From a virus: a DNA stretch of 64,000 nt. Position 1 is the first letter of the stretch. Each line of letters starts with the position of its first letter. Positions 20,466 to 29,946 of this stretch are shown piece by piece. The stretch covers positions 43,006 through 107,005 of IMG/VR virus record IMGVR_UViG_3300025121_000027; one strand, given 5' to 3'. A program made the translations under genes and the position numbers. Under the pieces are notes generated by a model that did not search any database, was not told where the DNA came from, and was given only the letters and a program-made list of their open reading frames with translations.

Positions 20466-21224
20466 ATGAAAAAAGATTCTAATAATTACTTCGGCAAAGG
20501 TAACACTCCTCCGCCTTATAGTATTTTGGGTTTGCCTTTGGAAATTAAATCCGATGATGTTTCGGATGAAGGCAAATTCAAAGGATGGGGAAGTACTTTT
20601 GGCGGGAAACCAGATAGTTATGGTGATGTAGTTGTAAAAGGAGCATTCAAAGAAACATTAGAAAATGGAGGGAGAAACGGGACTGGAATTGCTATGCTTT
20701 ATCAACACAATTCCTATGAGCCAATTGGCGTTTGGACCGTAATGGAAGAAAGAGATAAAGGGCTTTGGGTAGAAGGCGAATTAGATTTAAATGTTCAAAG
20801 AGCAAAAGAAACACATTCTCTTCTTCGCAAAGGTGCTATGCGCGGCTTGTCTATTGGCTATGATCTTCCAAGACTACCTGATGGAACAAGAGATCCAGGT
20901 GCTTGTGAATTTATCGAACAAGTAAATGGTCAATACATTAGAGTATTAAAGAAGATTAATTTATGGGAAGTTTCCCCTGTTACTTTCCCTGCAAATATCC
21001 AAGCCACTATTACTTCGGTAAAGGATTTTGAGGGGTGTAAAACCGAGCGAGATTGGGAAAAAGCCTTGAGGGAATTAGGGCTTTCAAAGTCTGCCGCTCA
21101 GTATATAGTAAAGTTAATCAAGCCGTCTTTGAGGGAGTCAGGGGCGCAAGATGAAAGCCAAGATGAGCTTGGCGCAATGCTTGCAGAGCTGCGGAATAGA
21201 AGTAAACGCGCCTGCGATTTCTAA
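20466..21224 (+). CDS. HK97-family prohead protease
   Basis: DSYGDVV.KGAF, MLYQH, PIGVW, GLSIGY, LWEVS.VTFPAN. Confidence 0.93.
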   Translation: MKKDSNNYFGKGNTPPPYSILGLPLEIKSDDVSDEGKFKGWGSTFGGKPDSYGDVVVKGAFKETLENGGRNGTGIAMLYQHNSYEPIGVWTVMEERDKGLWVEGELDLNVQRAKETHSLLRKGAMRGLSIGYDLPRLPDGTRDPGACEFIEQVNGQYIRVLKKINLWEVSPVTFPANIQATITSVKDFEGCKTERDWEKALRELGLSKSAAQYIVKLIKPSLRESGAQDESQDELGAMLAELRNRSKRACDF

Positions 21225-21254
21225 CTAACTTATTTTATTTAAGGAGTAAACAAA

Positions 21255-22718
21255 ATGACTTGGGAAGTAAAAGACGGTTCCACCGAAAGAGAAGATGCAA
21301 TTAAGAAAAGCCAAAACCCGGAAGTTGTGAAGCAGGTTTTTGCCGAGATTGATCGGCAGAACGATGGTCTTAAAAAGAACTATGAGACTTTGCGAACTGA
21401 TTATACCGAGCTGAAGCATTTGGTCGGCGAAGTAGAAAAGTCCATCAAGGGTGTCGATCCTTTGCTTAAAGAGCAAGTAAAGAAATTTGAGGAAGCCATT
21501 GTCAATCGTCAAGCTGAAATGGACACCTTGAAAGCTGCTCAAGAAACTGCTTCTAAAGAACAGCAGAAACGTATGGATGCCTTGGAGCTTACTTTGCGCC
21601 GTCCTAATGGTTCTGGCGATATGTCTCCTGAAGATGTTCGCAAGCTGGAGAAGTCCGCTCTGGATTGGCAGATTAATGTTATGTCCATGCGCGAAGATGG
21701 TGCGAAGTGGCATAAAGTCAAAGGTGTAAAAGTCGATGTTGAACTTTTCAAGAAGTATCAACAGGGCTTGGAAGCCTTTATGCGCTCTAATAATGATTTG
21801 CCTGAGCGTACTATGGATGCAGAACTTTACAAAGCATTGACTGTTGGTTCTGATCCTGATGGTGGTTATACTGTGACCCCTGCTATGGGCAATCGTATCA
21901 TTACTCGTGTTTTTGAAGCCGATCCTATTCGTCAACTTTGTGCATTGGAAAGCATTACTACTGGCGCTATTGAGTGGATGGTTGACTTCGGTCAAGCTGG
22001 TTTTGGGTGGGAAGGCGAGACTTCTTCTGGTGCGGAAACTGGTACGCCTGATTTGAAGAAGAAAAGAATCCCTGTGCATGTTTGTTATGCCAAGCCTCGC
22101 GCCTCTCAAACTCTGCTGGAAGATAGCGGTATCAATATTGAGAATTGGCTTGCCGATCACGTTGCGAAGAGATTTGCTCGTGGTGAGGGCGCTTCCTTTG
22201 TTACTGGTGATGGTGTTGGCAAGCCTCGCGGTTTCTTGACTTATGACAATGTTACTACTGCTGGCACTCCTGAATGGGGAAAAGTAGAGCAGATTAATAT
22301 GGGTCATGCGACTGCTTTGACTGCTGATGGCTTTATCAACGTCAAATACTCCATGACCGAGTATTATCTTGGTCGCGGTACTTGGTTGATGAATCGTACT
22401 ACTGTTGCCGATGCCTTGCAGTTGAAAGACGGTCAGGGTCGTTACATTTGGCAGCCTGGTATGGAAATGGGTCAGCCCGGTCAGATTCTTGGCCTTCCCG
22501 TTCGCATGAGTACTACTATGCCGGTTGTTGCTGCTAATGCTCTTTCGGTTGCTCTTGCTGATTGGCAGGAATTCTATATGATCGTGGATCGTCTTGGAAT
22601 TACTATTCAGCGCGATCCATACACTGCTAAGCCCATGATCGAATTCTACACGAGAAAAAGAGTGGGTGCGGACGTAGTAAACTTTGAAGCTGGTAGAATT
22701 GGCGTTATTGCTGCTTAA
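21255..22718 (+). CDS. HK97-fold major capsid protein
   Basis: N-terminal coiled coil, DGGYTV, GDGVGKPRG, LKDGQGRYIWQP, RVGADV. Confidence 0.95.
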   Translation: MTWEVKDGSTEREDAIKKSQNPEVVKQVFAEIDRQNDGLKKNYETLRTDYTELKHLVGEVEKSIKGVDPLLKEQVKKFEEAIVNRQAEMDTLKAAQETASKEQQKRMDALELTLRRPNGSGDMSPEDVRKLEKSALDWQINVMSMREDGAKWHKVKGVKVDVELFKKYQQGLEAFMRSNNDLPERTMDAELYKALTVGSDPDGGYTVTPAMGNRIITRVFEADPIRQLCALESITTGAIEWMVDFGQAGFGWEGETSSGAETGTPDLKKKRIPVHVCYAKPRASQTLLEDSGINIENWLADHVAKRFARGEGASFVTGDGVGKPRGFLTYDNVTTAGTPEWGKVEQINMGHATALTADGFINVKYSMTEYYLGRGTWLMNRTTVADALQLKDGQGRYIWQPGMEMGQPGQILGLPVRMSTTMPVVAANALSVALADWQEFYMIVDRLGITIQRDPYTAKPMIEFYTRKRVGADVVNFEAGRIGVIAA

Positions 22719-22723
22719 TTAAA

Positions 22724-22760
22724 TTTGCTTCGGTTCTTTCTTCAAATTGAGCCGAAGCAA
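22724..22760 (+). terminator. Hairpin downstream of the capsid gene
   Basis: TTGCTTCGGTTC...GAGCCGAAGCAA inverted repeat. Confidence 0.5.
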
Positions 22761-22782
22761 TAACTTAACGGAGGTAAAATAA

Positions 22783-23310
22783 ATGTTGAGAGATAGTGTA
22801 TCGAATTTCAAGTTTTTCCAAGCGGTTTCCCCGCAGGATCTTGCTGCAACCGACATTACTGGTTTTGACATCGACACTCAAGGGTATGAGTCCTTGACTT
22901 TCATTATCAATGTTGGTCAACTGAGTCATGTCAATAGCGTTTCTTATGTTCAGTTTGTTATGCAACATGCGGATGCTTCTACTGCTGGCGGTGCTGGTAC
23001 TTATGCTGCCGTATCTATTACCGAAGTAATCGGTCTTGCTTCTACTATCACTGCTCTTTCTGGTGGTATTGTGAAGTCTCTTGGCCAACTTAACAGCGGG
23101 CTTGCTGCTTCTTTGGGTAGTGCCGTTCATGCTGTTGGCTATCGCGGTACCAGACGTTATGTGCGGCTTAATGTGGATTGCGTCGGTGCTGTTTGTTCTG
23201 CTGCCGCTGTATCCGCTGCCGCGATTGAGATTACTGCGATGCTTGGCTATCCTGGGGATTGGCCCGTTGTTGATAATGTAGAGCAAGCAGTTGATACTAA
23301 CAATGTGTAG
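22783..23310 (+). CDS. Putative head decoration protein
   Basis: IDTQGYES...VGYRGTRRYVRL pattern typical of the gene following the capsid gene. Confidence 0.65.
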   Translation: MLRDSVSNFKFFQAVSPQDLAATDITGFDIDTQGYESLTFIINVGQLSHVNSVSYVQFVMQHADASTAGGAGTYAAVSITEVIGLASTITALSGGIVKSLGQLNSGLAASLGSAVHAVGYRGTRRYVRLNVDCVGAVCSAAAVSAAAIEITAMLGYPGDWPVVDNVEQAVDTNNV

Positions 23311-23359
23311 TAATTAGGTGTTCGGCTGATAGGCAGTCTCCTCCTTGAAGCCGATTAAC

Positions 23360-23383
23360 GAGTGGGGAGTAAAATCCCCACTC
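23360..23383 (+). terminator. GC-rich hairpin
   Basis: GAGTGGGGA-gtaaaa-TCCCCACTC. Confidence 0.5.
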
Positions 23384-23414
23384 AATACAAAACAATAAGA
23401 AAAGGTAAAAAAAT

Positions 23415-23897
23415 ATGCCTCTTTTCCCTACTAAAGATGTTTCCTATAATAATCAAGATATCGGTATGTATCAAGGAGCAGACTTTGCTTTTTGGGATGA
23501 TGCAGTAATGGGGGCAAGAGCGATGAGAAATTTTCTTCGTTCTTTGCTTACTGTAACTGATCAGGCAATTAGCGATTCTGTTCTTGCTAATAGTCTTTTC
23601 TCTCCTGCTTATGGGGTGCATTGGTATTCTGCTCCGACTGGTCAATCTCTTTGTTCTATGTATCTTCCTATCCCAAGCGAAGGTATGGTTCTTGTTTTGG
23701 ACGGCACAAACCTTGTTACAGACGCAAATGTTTTTGTTTCTCTTGTCACTGGTGTTACTTTGCAAAGACCTTCTGGCTCTGCTATTTCAAGTATTAACAT
23801 GAGCGCCGCTGCATTCGCTAAATTGCTTTGTACTACAGATGGAACTTGGTCTGTAATTGAAGCGAATGCAAGTGCTACTTTGCAGGTTGCGTCTTAA
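23415..23897 (+). CDS. Hypothetical virion protein
   Basis: LP.PSEGM.L...L.C..DGTW.V fibre-type C-terminal motif. Confidence 0.55.
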   Translation: MPLFPTKDVSYNNQDIGMYQGADFAFWDDAVMGARAMRNFLRSLLTVTDQAISDSVLANSLFSPAYGVHWYSAPTGQSLCSMYLPIPSEGMVLVLDGTNLVTDANVFVSLVTGVTLQRPSGSAISSINMSAAAFAKLLCTTDGTWSVIEANASATLQVAS

Positions 23898-23916
23898 TTT
23901 TAATTAGAGGTGGATA

Positions 23917-24204
23917 ATGTTAGTAAGGATGACCAAAACAACAAAAGGCTCGCCAAATGGCATCAAAGTTATGGAGTATAAAGCGGGCGAGCAATATAAT
24001 TTGCCGGAAAATCTTTATCATGTTTTCAAGAAGATTGGCGCTTGTCAAGATGTAGAAGTAAAAGCAGTATCTAATGCACCGCAAAATAAAATGGCGCAAG
24101 TTCCAGAAAACAAAGTAGAAAAAGTTGAAGAGATTCCTGAGATTGAACAGGAAGATATTCAAGAAGTAGAAGACAAACAATCTTACAAACGCCGGAGACG
24201 GTAA
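23917..24204 (+). CDS. Small head-associated protein
   Basis: GE.Y.LP and APQNKM/VPENK motifs common before head-tail connector genes. Confidence 0.55.
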   Translation: MLVRMTKTTKGSPNGIKVMEYKAGEQYNLPENLYHVFKKIGACQDVEVKAVSNAPQNKMAQVPENKVEKVEEIPEIEQEDIQEVEDKQSYKRRRR

Positions 24205-24807
24205 ATGCCACTTATCGAGAAGCCCTTGCCGGGTCATGCAAATATGGTTTTTAAAGTTGTAATATCTCCAGAGTCCGAACCTATTACGGCTGAAGAAGTA
24301 CGTTCTCTGGGTAGAATTGAGACGGACGCTGAAGATACACTTATCGAAACTATGATTACTGCTGTTAGAGAAATAGCAGAGTCATGGCTTGGCAGGGCTA
24401 TTCTCGAACAAACGATAGAAGCATCGTTTGATTACTGGCCTGATAATCCAGTAAAGCTTCCAAGGCCACCACTTATATCTGTTGATTCTATTGTAACAGT
24501 AGACGAAGAGAATCAAGAAACGCTTTATAGTGTAGATAATTACTTTTTCAGAACAAGTTCAAATCAGAAAGGTGAAGTAATTATTAAAAATGGAGCGGCA
24601 GCTCCAACAAATACAGATAGATATTATGGTGGTTTTAAAATTACATATACTGCTGGATATGGAGATCAAGTAGATGATGTGCCACAAGGTATAAAGCACG
24701 GTTTAATGGAATGGGTATTACATGCAATAGAAAATAGAACTATAAGCAGAGAACCACCTGAAATGGCTATGCCTTTACTTGGAGCATATAGGATAAGAAA
24801 CATATGA
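24205..24807 (+). CDS. Head-tail connector (gp6 / phiE125 gp8-like)
   Basis: EPIT.EEV, ED.LI..MI.A.RE.AE..LGRA, LPRPPL.SV, YTAGYG...VP. Confidence 0.88.
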   Translation: MPLIEKPLPGHANMVFKVVISPESEPITAEEVRSLGRIETDAEDTLIETMITAVREIAESWLGRAILEQTIEASFDYWPDNPVKLPRPPLISVDSIVTVDEENQETLYSVDNYFFRTSSNQKGEVIIKNGAAAPTNTDRYYGGFKITYTAGYGDQVDDVPQGIKHGLMEWVLHAIENRTISREPPEMAMPLLGAYRIRNI

Positions 24808-24967
24808 GAGAAACACTTCAAATAGTTGATGCTTGTGAATTAAATTTATCCTACAAAGAATCTCTTCAATCAGCAAAAGAACTTCTTAAACGAAACGGTT
24901 ATTTTGTTGAAAGAGTATTGTTGGATATAAACACAGGCATTGCTTGGGCGCATGTAGGTAAACAATA

Positions 24968-25480
24968 ATGTATGCCTTCGGAAAGAAAAAACATACTTAC
25001 TTTTGGGATTTGAAAAATTCTCCTAAATGGCTTGCTCGAAATCTCGATAAGAGGATTCGTTTGTTCAATGCCGCTCAAGCAGAATCAGATGAAGGTGGCT
25101 TTGACCATACATATAACTTTTTAAAAGAGATATGGGCAGGATGCACGACATTATCTCACAATGCTTATATGCGATGGAGCAGTACAGAAAACACCGGCAA
25201 CATATCTCATGAAATAGTAATTAGAAAAAATGCCGTAGATGATTTACATTCTGAATTTACTTCTGCTTTTGGAACAGTATTTGATAATATAGCAGATATA
25301 AATCCAATCAAAAGCAATATGTTTATCATGCTTTTATCTACTTCAAGCACAGGTAAATTTTTCAGAGCAAGAAGAGTTATGGATAAAGATGAAAATGGAG
25401 AATATTTATCTATACTGTGCGAAGAGATAGAAGAGTTTGGAACTGGCGCTCCTAATCAAGATGAAGATGGAGTATTGTAA
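24968..25480 (+). CDS. Head closure / head-tail adaptor
   Basis: LDKRIRL...DEGGF...IWA...HEIVIR...L.ILCEE; synteny. Confidence 0.7.
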   Translation: MYAFGKKKHTYFWDLKNSPKWLARNLDKRIRLFNAAQAESDEGGFDHTYNFLKEIWAGCTTLSHNAYMRWSSTENTGNISHEIVIRKNAVDDLHSEFTSAFGTVFDNIADINPIKSNMFIMLLSTSSTGKFFRARRVMDKDENGEYLSILCEEIEEFGTGAPNQDEDGVL

Positions 25481-25948
25481 ATGCCAAAATACATATCTGT
25501 AAAAGTTGAGCCAGATGACAAGATAATAAGTATTAAATTAAATAAGTTTAATCAAAAAGCACTTGATGCTGTTCATTATAGATTAGTTTGGGGAGCAAAT
25601 AGAATTAGAAATCGCATGATTAACTTGATGCGACACACTCCAAAAACAGGGAAGAAATATAGAAGAGGAAAGAAGTGGCATATAGCATCAAGCCCTGGTA
25701 ATGCTCCTGCTGTTGATCGCGGTCAATTGATTAGAAGTATAGTAATGGATGAAGGCATTGACTATGTGGAAGTAGGAGTTAAAAGCGGTGCTCCTTATGC
25801 AGCAGCGTTAGAAGAAGGAACAAGCAAAGCTGGCAGAGGAAGAAAAACCAAAATACTTCCAAGGCCATTTTTAAAGCCTTCTGTAGCGGCAGAGATGCCA
25901 AGAATAGAATCAAGAATATATTACGATTTAAATAGATTGGGTTTATAA
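25481..25948 (+). CDS. HK97 gp10-like neck protein
   Basis: ASSPGNAPAVDRGQL..SI, YAAALEEGT, PRPFLKP. Confidence 0.85.
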   Translation: MPKYISVKVEPDDKIISIKLNKFNQKALDAVHYRLVWGANRIRNRMINLMRHTPKTGKKYRRGKKWHIASSPGNAPAVDRGQLIRSIVMDEGIDYVEVGVKSGAPYAAALEEGTSKAGRGRKTKILPRPFLKPSVAAEMPRIESRIYYDLNRLGL

Positions 25949-26563
25949 ATGAGACTTGGCGAACTTGTCATAAGATTAAGAGAAACAACTCAGCTTTTCC
26001 AAGGAAGAGTTGGCGGTACTGCTGAATATGCAATAGCGCAAGACAATACTCTTAACAACGAAATGGCTTTTGTTCTTCCTGTAACTGATGTTGCAGATGA
26101 AAATAAAAATGATACTTCTATTCAGCAAATTATAACAGAACAATTTGCTGTTATAGTAGCAATAAAAAATGATACAAACTTTAAAGATAAAACTGGTTTT
26201 ACTGCATATAATCGATTGCATGAAATTAGAAAAGATATGTTTAGGGCTTATTTAGGATATGACACTGGATTACTTTTTGAAGAAGATGATGAAAATACTA
26301 CAGAAACATTGATCTATTATCGTGGTGGTCAACTCTTAGATATAGATAGAGGATATTTATGGTATCAATTCACATTTGAATATAAGGTTGGGATAACTAC
26401 TCAAACAGTATTCGATCCTGTGACTGGTTATCTTGACAGAATATATGCTCAATGGGTTTTAGCAGAGAGTGATAATTTGCCGGTTACGGAAGACTTGCCA
26501 GTAGAATCATTCGCTCCTGATATGGAGCAGATGATTGATTTGCAAGTGCTTAGAGAATCATAA
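25949..26563 (+). CDS. Tail terminator / completion protein
   Basis: Position before sheath; RGGQLL....LWYQFTF. Confidence 0.7.
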   Translation: MRLGELVIRLRETTQLFQGRVGGTAEYAIAQDNTLNNEMAFVLPVTDVADENKNDTSIQQIITEQFAVIVAIKNDTNFKDKTGFTAYNRLHEIRKDMFRAYLGYDTGLLFEEDDENTTETLIYYRGGQLLDIDRGYLWYQFTFEYKVGITTQTVFDPVTGYLDRIYAQWVLAESDNLPVTEDLPVESFAPDMEQMIDLQVLRES

Positions 26564-26584
26564 ACAGCGAAACGGAGAAAAAGA

Positions 26585-26770
26585 ATGGAAAAGTTTTTGA
26601 AACCAAAGGAAGGATTGATAGTACGCGATCCAGTTACAATGACTCCTCTATCTAAAGATGGAGAATGGAAACCTTGGATCGGTCCACAAGGGAGATATTG
26701 GAGACGAAGAATAAACTGTGGAGATTGTTTTGACAGTACTCCGCAAAATCAGAGAAAGAGAAAGGAGTAA
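26585..26770 (+). CDS. Mu gp38-like (DUF2635) protein
   Basis: KPKEGLIVRDP...L..DGE...YWRRRI..GD. Confidence 0.85.
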   Translation: MEKFLKPKEGLIVRDPVTMTPLSKDGEWKPWIGPQGRYWRRRINCGDCFDSTPQNQRKRKE

Positions 26771-26778
26771 ACTAAACC

Positions 26779-28284
26779 ATGACAATTTCCTTCAATAATA
26801 TTCCAGATGCCGTCAGAACTCCGAATGTGTACACCGAGATTGATAATAGTAGAGCACTCGGCAATCGTCTTGTTCAGAATCCTCATAAAGCTTTGATTGT
26901 TGCACAGAGAACTACTGAAGGTTCTGTTGAGCCTTTGGTATTGACTGCTATTACAAACAATAATCTTGCAGATGGTTACTTTGGCCCTGGAAGTCAACTT
27001 GCTCGCATGTGTGCAGTATTTAAAAGTAATAACCCAAATACTGAATTGTGGGCTGTTGCTTTGAGCGATGAAGCGGCTGGTATAAAAGCATCTTGTGTTA
27101 TCAGAACTTCTGTTGCTTTGTCTGCTACTGGTGGTAGTTGTTCTGGTGGTGGTACTTATTTCCTACTTGTTAATGGTGTTAAATGCTATACTGCTATGAC
27201 AAGCGGTTGGAGTACTGCTGATGCCAATAGTGCTATCATAGCTAAAATCAATGCTGATTCTACTTTGCCTGTGGTCGCCTCTACTATTGCTACTTCTGCT
27301 GTTTGTATCACTGCTGTGAATAAAGGCGAAGCTGGCAATTATATTGATGTAAGGGCTAATTACTATATGGGGCAAAGCGATCCTGCTTGCTTTGTGGATT
27401 CCGCTCAGATTACAGCAATGGCTGGCGGTACTACTAACTCTGATCTTGGCGATGCTTGGGCTGTTATTGATAATGAAAGATTCAATTACATTATTCAGCC
27501 TTATGTTGATGCTGCCAACCTAACAGAAATAGAAACGGAACTTGAAGATAGATTTGGGCCAATGATTAATCTTCAAGGCCACGGTTTTGCTGCATTGCGT
27601 GGTACTGCTGCTTCTTGTACTACCTTAGGCAACACTCGTAATTCTCCGCATAATACTATTATGGGTTGTTACGATAGCCCAACTGATCCAGCAGAATGGG
27701 CCGCTTCTCTTGGAGCTGTTGCTGCTTGGAATTTGAATAACGATCCAGCAAGACCATTGCAATTCTTAAAGTTGAAAGGTGTGCTTGCGCCGCCTGTTGC
27801 AAATAGGTTCACCAGAAGTGAAAGAGACACTTTGCTTTACGACGGCATTGCTACTTATTATGTTGATCCAGGCGGTTATGTACTGATTGAACGATGTATT
27901 ACTACCTATCAACTTAATGCAGTAGGAATTGCAGACCCGAGCTATCTGGATATTCAGACGCTTGCAACGCTTGGAGAAATTAGGGATCAATTCCTTATTC
28001 GCATGACCAATAGATTTATTATTCCAAGATATAAGCTTGCGGATGATGGCTATCCAGTACAGCCTGGGGCTTATATCGTAACACCTGCGACTGTAAGGCA
28101 AGAATGTATCTCTCTTTTTACTGCCTTACGGGATGATGGCTTGGTAGAGAATCTGGATGACTTCATAGAGAATTTGATTGTCGAAAGAAATCAAACAGAT
28201 GTTAATCGTGTAGATGTTTTGCTCCCCCCGGATCTTGTGAACCAGTTCCGTGTACTTGCCAGCACAATTCGTTTTATATTGTAA
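26779..28284 (+). CDS. Tail sheath protein (Mu gpL-like)
   Basis: MTISFNNIP...YFGPGSQL..M, DPARPLQ.L.L.GV, LLYDGIAT, DLVNQFRV. Confidence 0.95.
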   Translation: MTISFNNIPDAVRTPNVYTEIDNSRALGNRLVQNPHKALIVAQRTTEGSVEPLVLTAITNNNLADGYFGPGSQLARMCAVFKSNNPNTELWAVALSDEAAGIKASCVIRTSVALSATGGSCSGGGTYFLLVNGVKCYTAMTSGWSTADANSAIIAKINADSTLPVVASTIATSAVCITAVNKGEAGNYIDVRANYYMGQSDPACFVDSAQITAMAGGTTNSDLGDAWAVIDNERFNYIIQPYVDAANLTEIETELEDRFGPMINLQGHGFAALRGTAASCTTLGNTRNSPHNTIMGCYDSPTDPAEWAASLGAVAAWNLNNDPARPLQFLKLKGVLAPPVANRFTRSERDTLLYDGIATYYVDPGGYVLIERCITTYQLNAVGIADPSYLDIQTLATLGEIRDQFLIRMTNRFIIPRYKLADDGYPVQPGAYIVTPATVRQECISLFTALRDDGLVENLDDFIENLIVERNQTDVNRVDVLLPPDLVNQFRVLASTIRFIL

Positions 28285-28301
28285 AATCAATAGGTTAGCT
28301 A

Positions 28302-29060
28302 ATGTATATTGTTTATCGAATGTACTGCGAAGCAAATAAGAAAAGCTATATTGGTATTACTGATAGCTTCAAAAGAAGAATGGCTGTTCATTGGAATACT
28401 TTTACAAACACTGTTCTTTCAAGAACTATTAAGAAATATGGTAAAGAAAGCTTCAAAGTATATAAGATAGACAATGCAGAAGATTGTATTGAGGCTTGCG
28501 ATAAAGAGAAATTATATATCGCAAGCCTCAATACTAAAGTTCCAAACGGCATGAATATGACCGATGGCGGAGAAGGAATTTTTGGATTAAAACATTCTGA
28601 TAAAACTCGTAGGCAGATGTCTGATTCTCATAAAGGAAAAGCTATCGGTGATAAAAACCCAATGTATGGCAAACCCGGATCAATGCTTGGTAAAAAATGG
28701 ACGGAAGAACAAAGAAGAAAATTATCTGAATCTTGTAAAGGCAGAATACCATGGAATAAAGGAAAGAAAGGTGTGCAGAAGGGGTGGAATAAAGGTTTAA
28801 AAGGAATACCAAGTCCAAAAAAAGGGAAACCTGGCAAGAAATGGACAGAAGAAACAAGAAAAAAAATGGAAATATCAAGAGTTGGTTGTTCTTTGGGTTG
28901 TAAGAATGCATCAGCAAAATTTGTTGAATTAGATATAATTGAAATAAGAAAAATATATGATTCTGGCAAAATGAATCAGCGTGAATTGGCTAAAAAATTT
29001 AATGTAACAGAACCAAATATACATTGTATTGTCAGGCGAAAAACTTGGACGCATATATAA
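28302..29060 (+). mobile_element. GIY-YIG homing endonuclease with NUMOD3-like repeats, between sheath and tube genes
   Basis: YIVY...KSYIGIT, NMTDGGEG, HSDKTRRQMS, PWNKG repeats, C-terminal HTH. Confidence 0.88.
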
Positions 29061-29076
29061 TAAAGGAGAGAAGTAA

Positions 29077-29469
29077 ATGAGAATCACAGGTCGAGTGGAA
29101 ATTTTACTGAATGGAGAAATGCTTTTGAATAAGGCTGGCGCTGTTGCTCGTGGTCTTGGCATTAGCGGTGAGCCTAACTTTGAGCTAAGTGCAATAGTCG
29201 GAGATACTGGCCTTCATGGCTATATTGAAAATCCGATTATGGCAGAATGTGAAGTAAAGATAACAGATACAGATGATAAAATGCTTTCTGATCTTGCAAG
29301 AATTAGAGAAAACGGCACTCTTATCTTTCGCTCTGCTCGTGGTGGTAAAGCTTATATTATGGATAGAGCAACTTGTATTCGTAATTTTGAATTGACTGGT
29401 GGCGAAGGAGAGACAACCATTAAATTTCAAGGTCCGTATTGGACTGAAACCGTTGAATCTGCTCTATAG
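29077..29469 (+). CDS. Tail tube protein (Mu gpM-like)
   Basis: RITG......NG, G..GLHGY.E.P, GEG...IKFQG; synteny. Confidence 0.85.
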   Translation: MRITGRVEILLNGEMLLNKAGAVARGLGISGEPNFELSAIVGDTGLHGYIENPIMAECEVKITDTDDKMLSDLARIRENGTLIFRSARGGKAYIMDRATCIRNFELTGGEGETTIKFQGPYWTETVESAL

Positions 29470-29497
29470 TTTTAAGTAAAGAATTTCTAAGGAGACA

Positions 29498-29824
29498 ATG
29501 ATGGATAGTATTAAAGTGTTACTTAAAAGTCCAGTAACAGTAAATGAGATAATATATACAGAACTTACAATAGGAAAGTTTAGAGCAAAGCATTTTCAAT
29601 ATCTTCCAGAAGAGGCTCTTGCTTTAGAGTATGATGATCCTAAAGCAATGGATAAAAAGCAAATGCTTAAACTTGCCATAGGAATGATGCCTTTAATTGC
29701 CGCTATGGCAAATGTTCCTAAAGAAGTTGTTGAAGAGTTAGAGATGCCCGATCTTATGGGGGTGATAGAAAAAGTTGGCCCTTTCTTAGCAGCGTCCCTA
29801 TCACAAGAGACTGGAAGCAAATGA
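29498..29824 (+). CDS. Tail assembly chaperone (Mu gp41 / P2 E-like)
   Basis: LKSPV......ELT, LIA.MANVP...VEEL...DL; position before tape measure gene. Confidence 0.85.
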   Translation: MMDSIKVLLKSPVTVNEIIYTELTIGKFRAKHFQYLPEEALALEYDDPKAMDKKQMLKLAIGMMPLIAAMANVPKEVVEELEMPDLMGVIEKVGPFLAASLSQETGSK

Positions 29825-29946
29825 TATGGGTGATAGCGGACGCATATCATTTTGCTCCAGTCTCTATATGGGAAATGAGCATAGAAGATTTACACTTTTG
29901 GATAGATGGTTCCAACTGGCTAAACAAGAAAAGGGGCAGTAATTAA
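29779..29946 (+). other. -1 frameshift site C_CCT_TTC and E'-like extension of the chaperone
   Basis: In-frame XXXYYYZ heptamer at 29779-29785; -1 frame reads FLSSVPITRDWKQMIWVIADAYHFAPVSIWEMSIEDLHFW...* and stops at TAA overlapping the tape-measure ATG. Confidence 0.8.

Noticed and set aside
21225-22307. 360-aa minus-strand ORF
   Set aside because: Antisense shadow of the major capsid gene; no motifs
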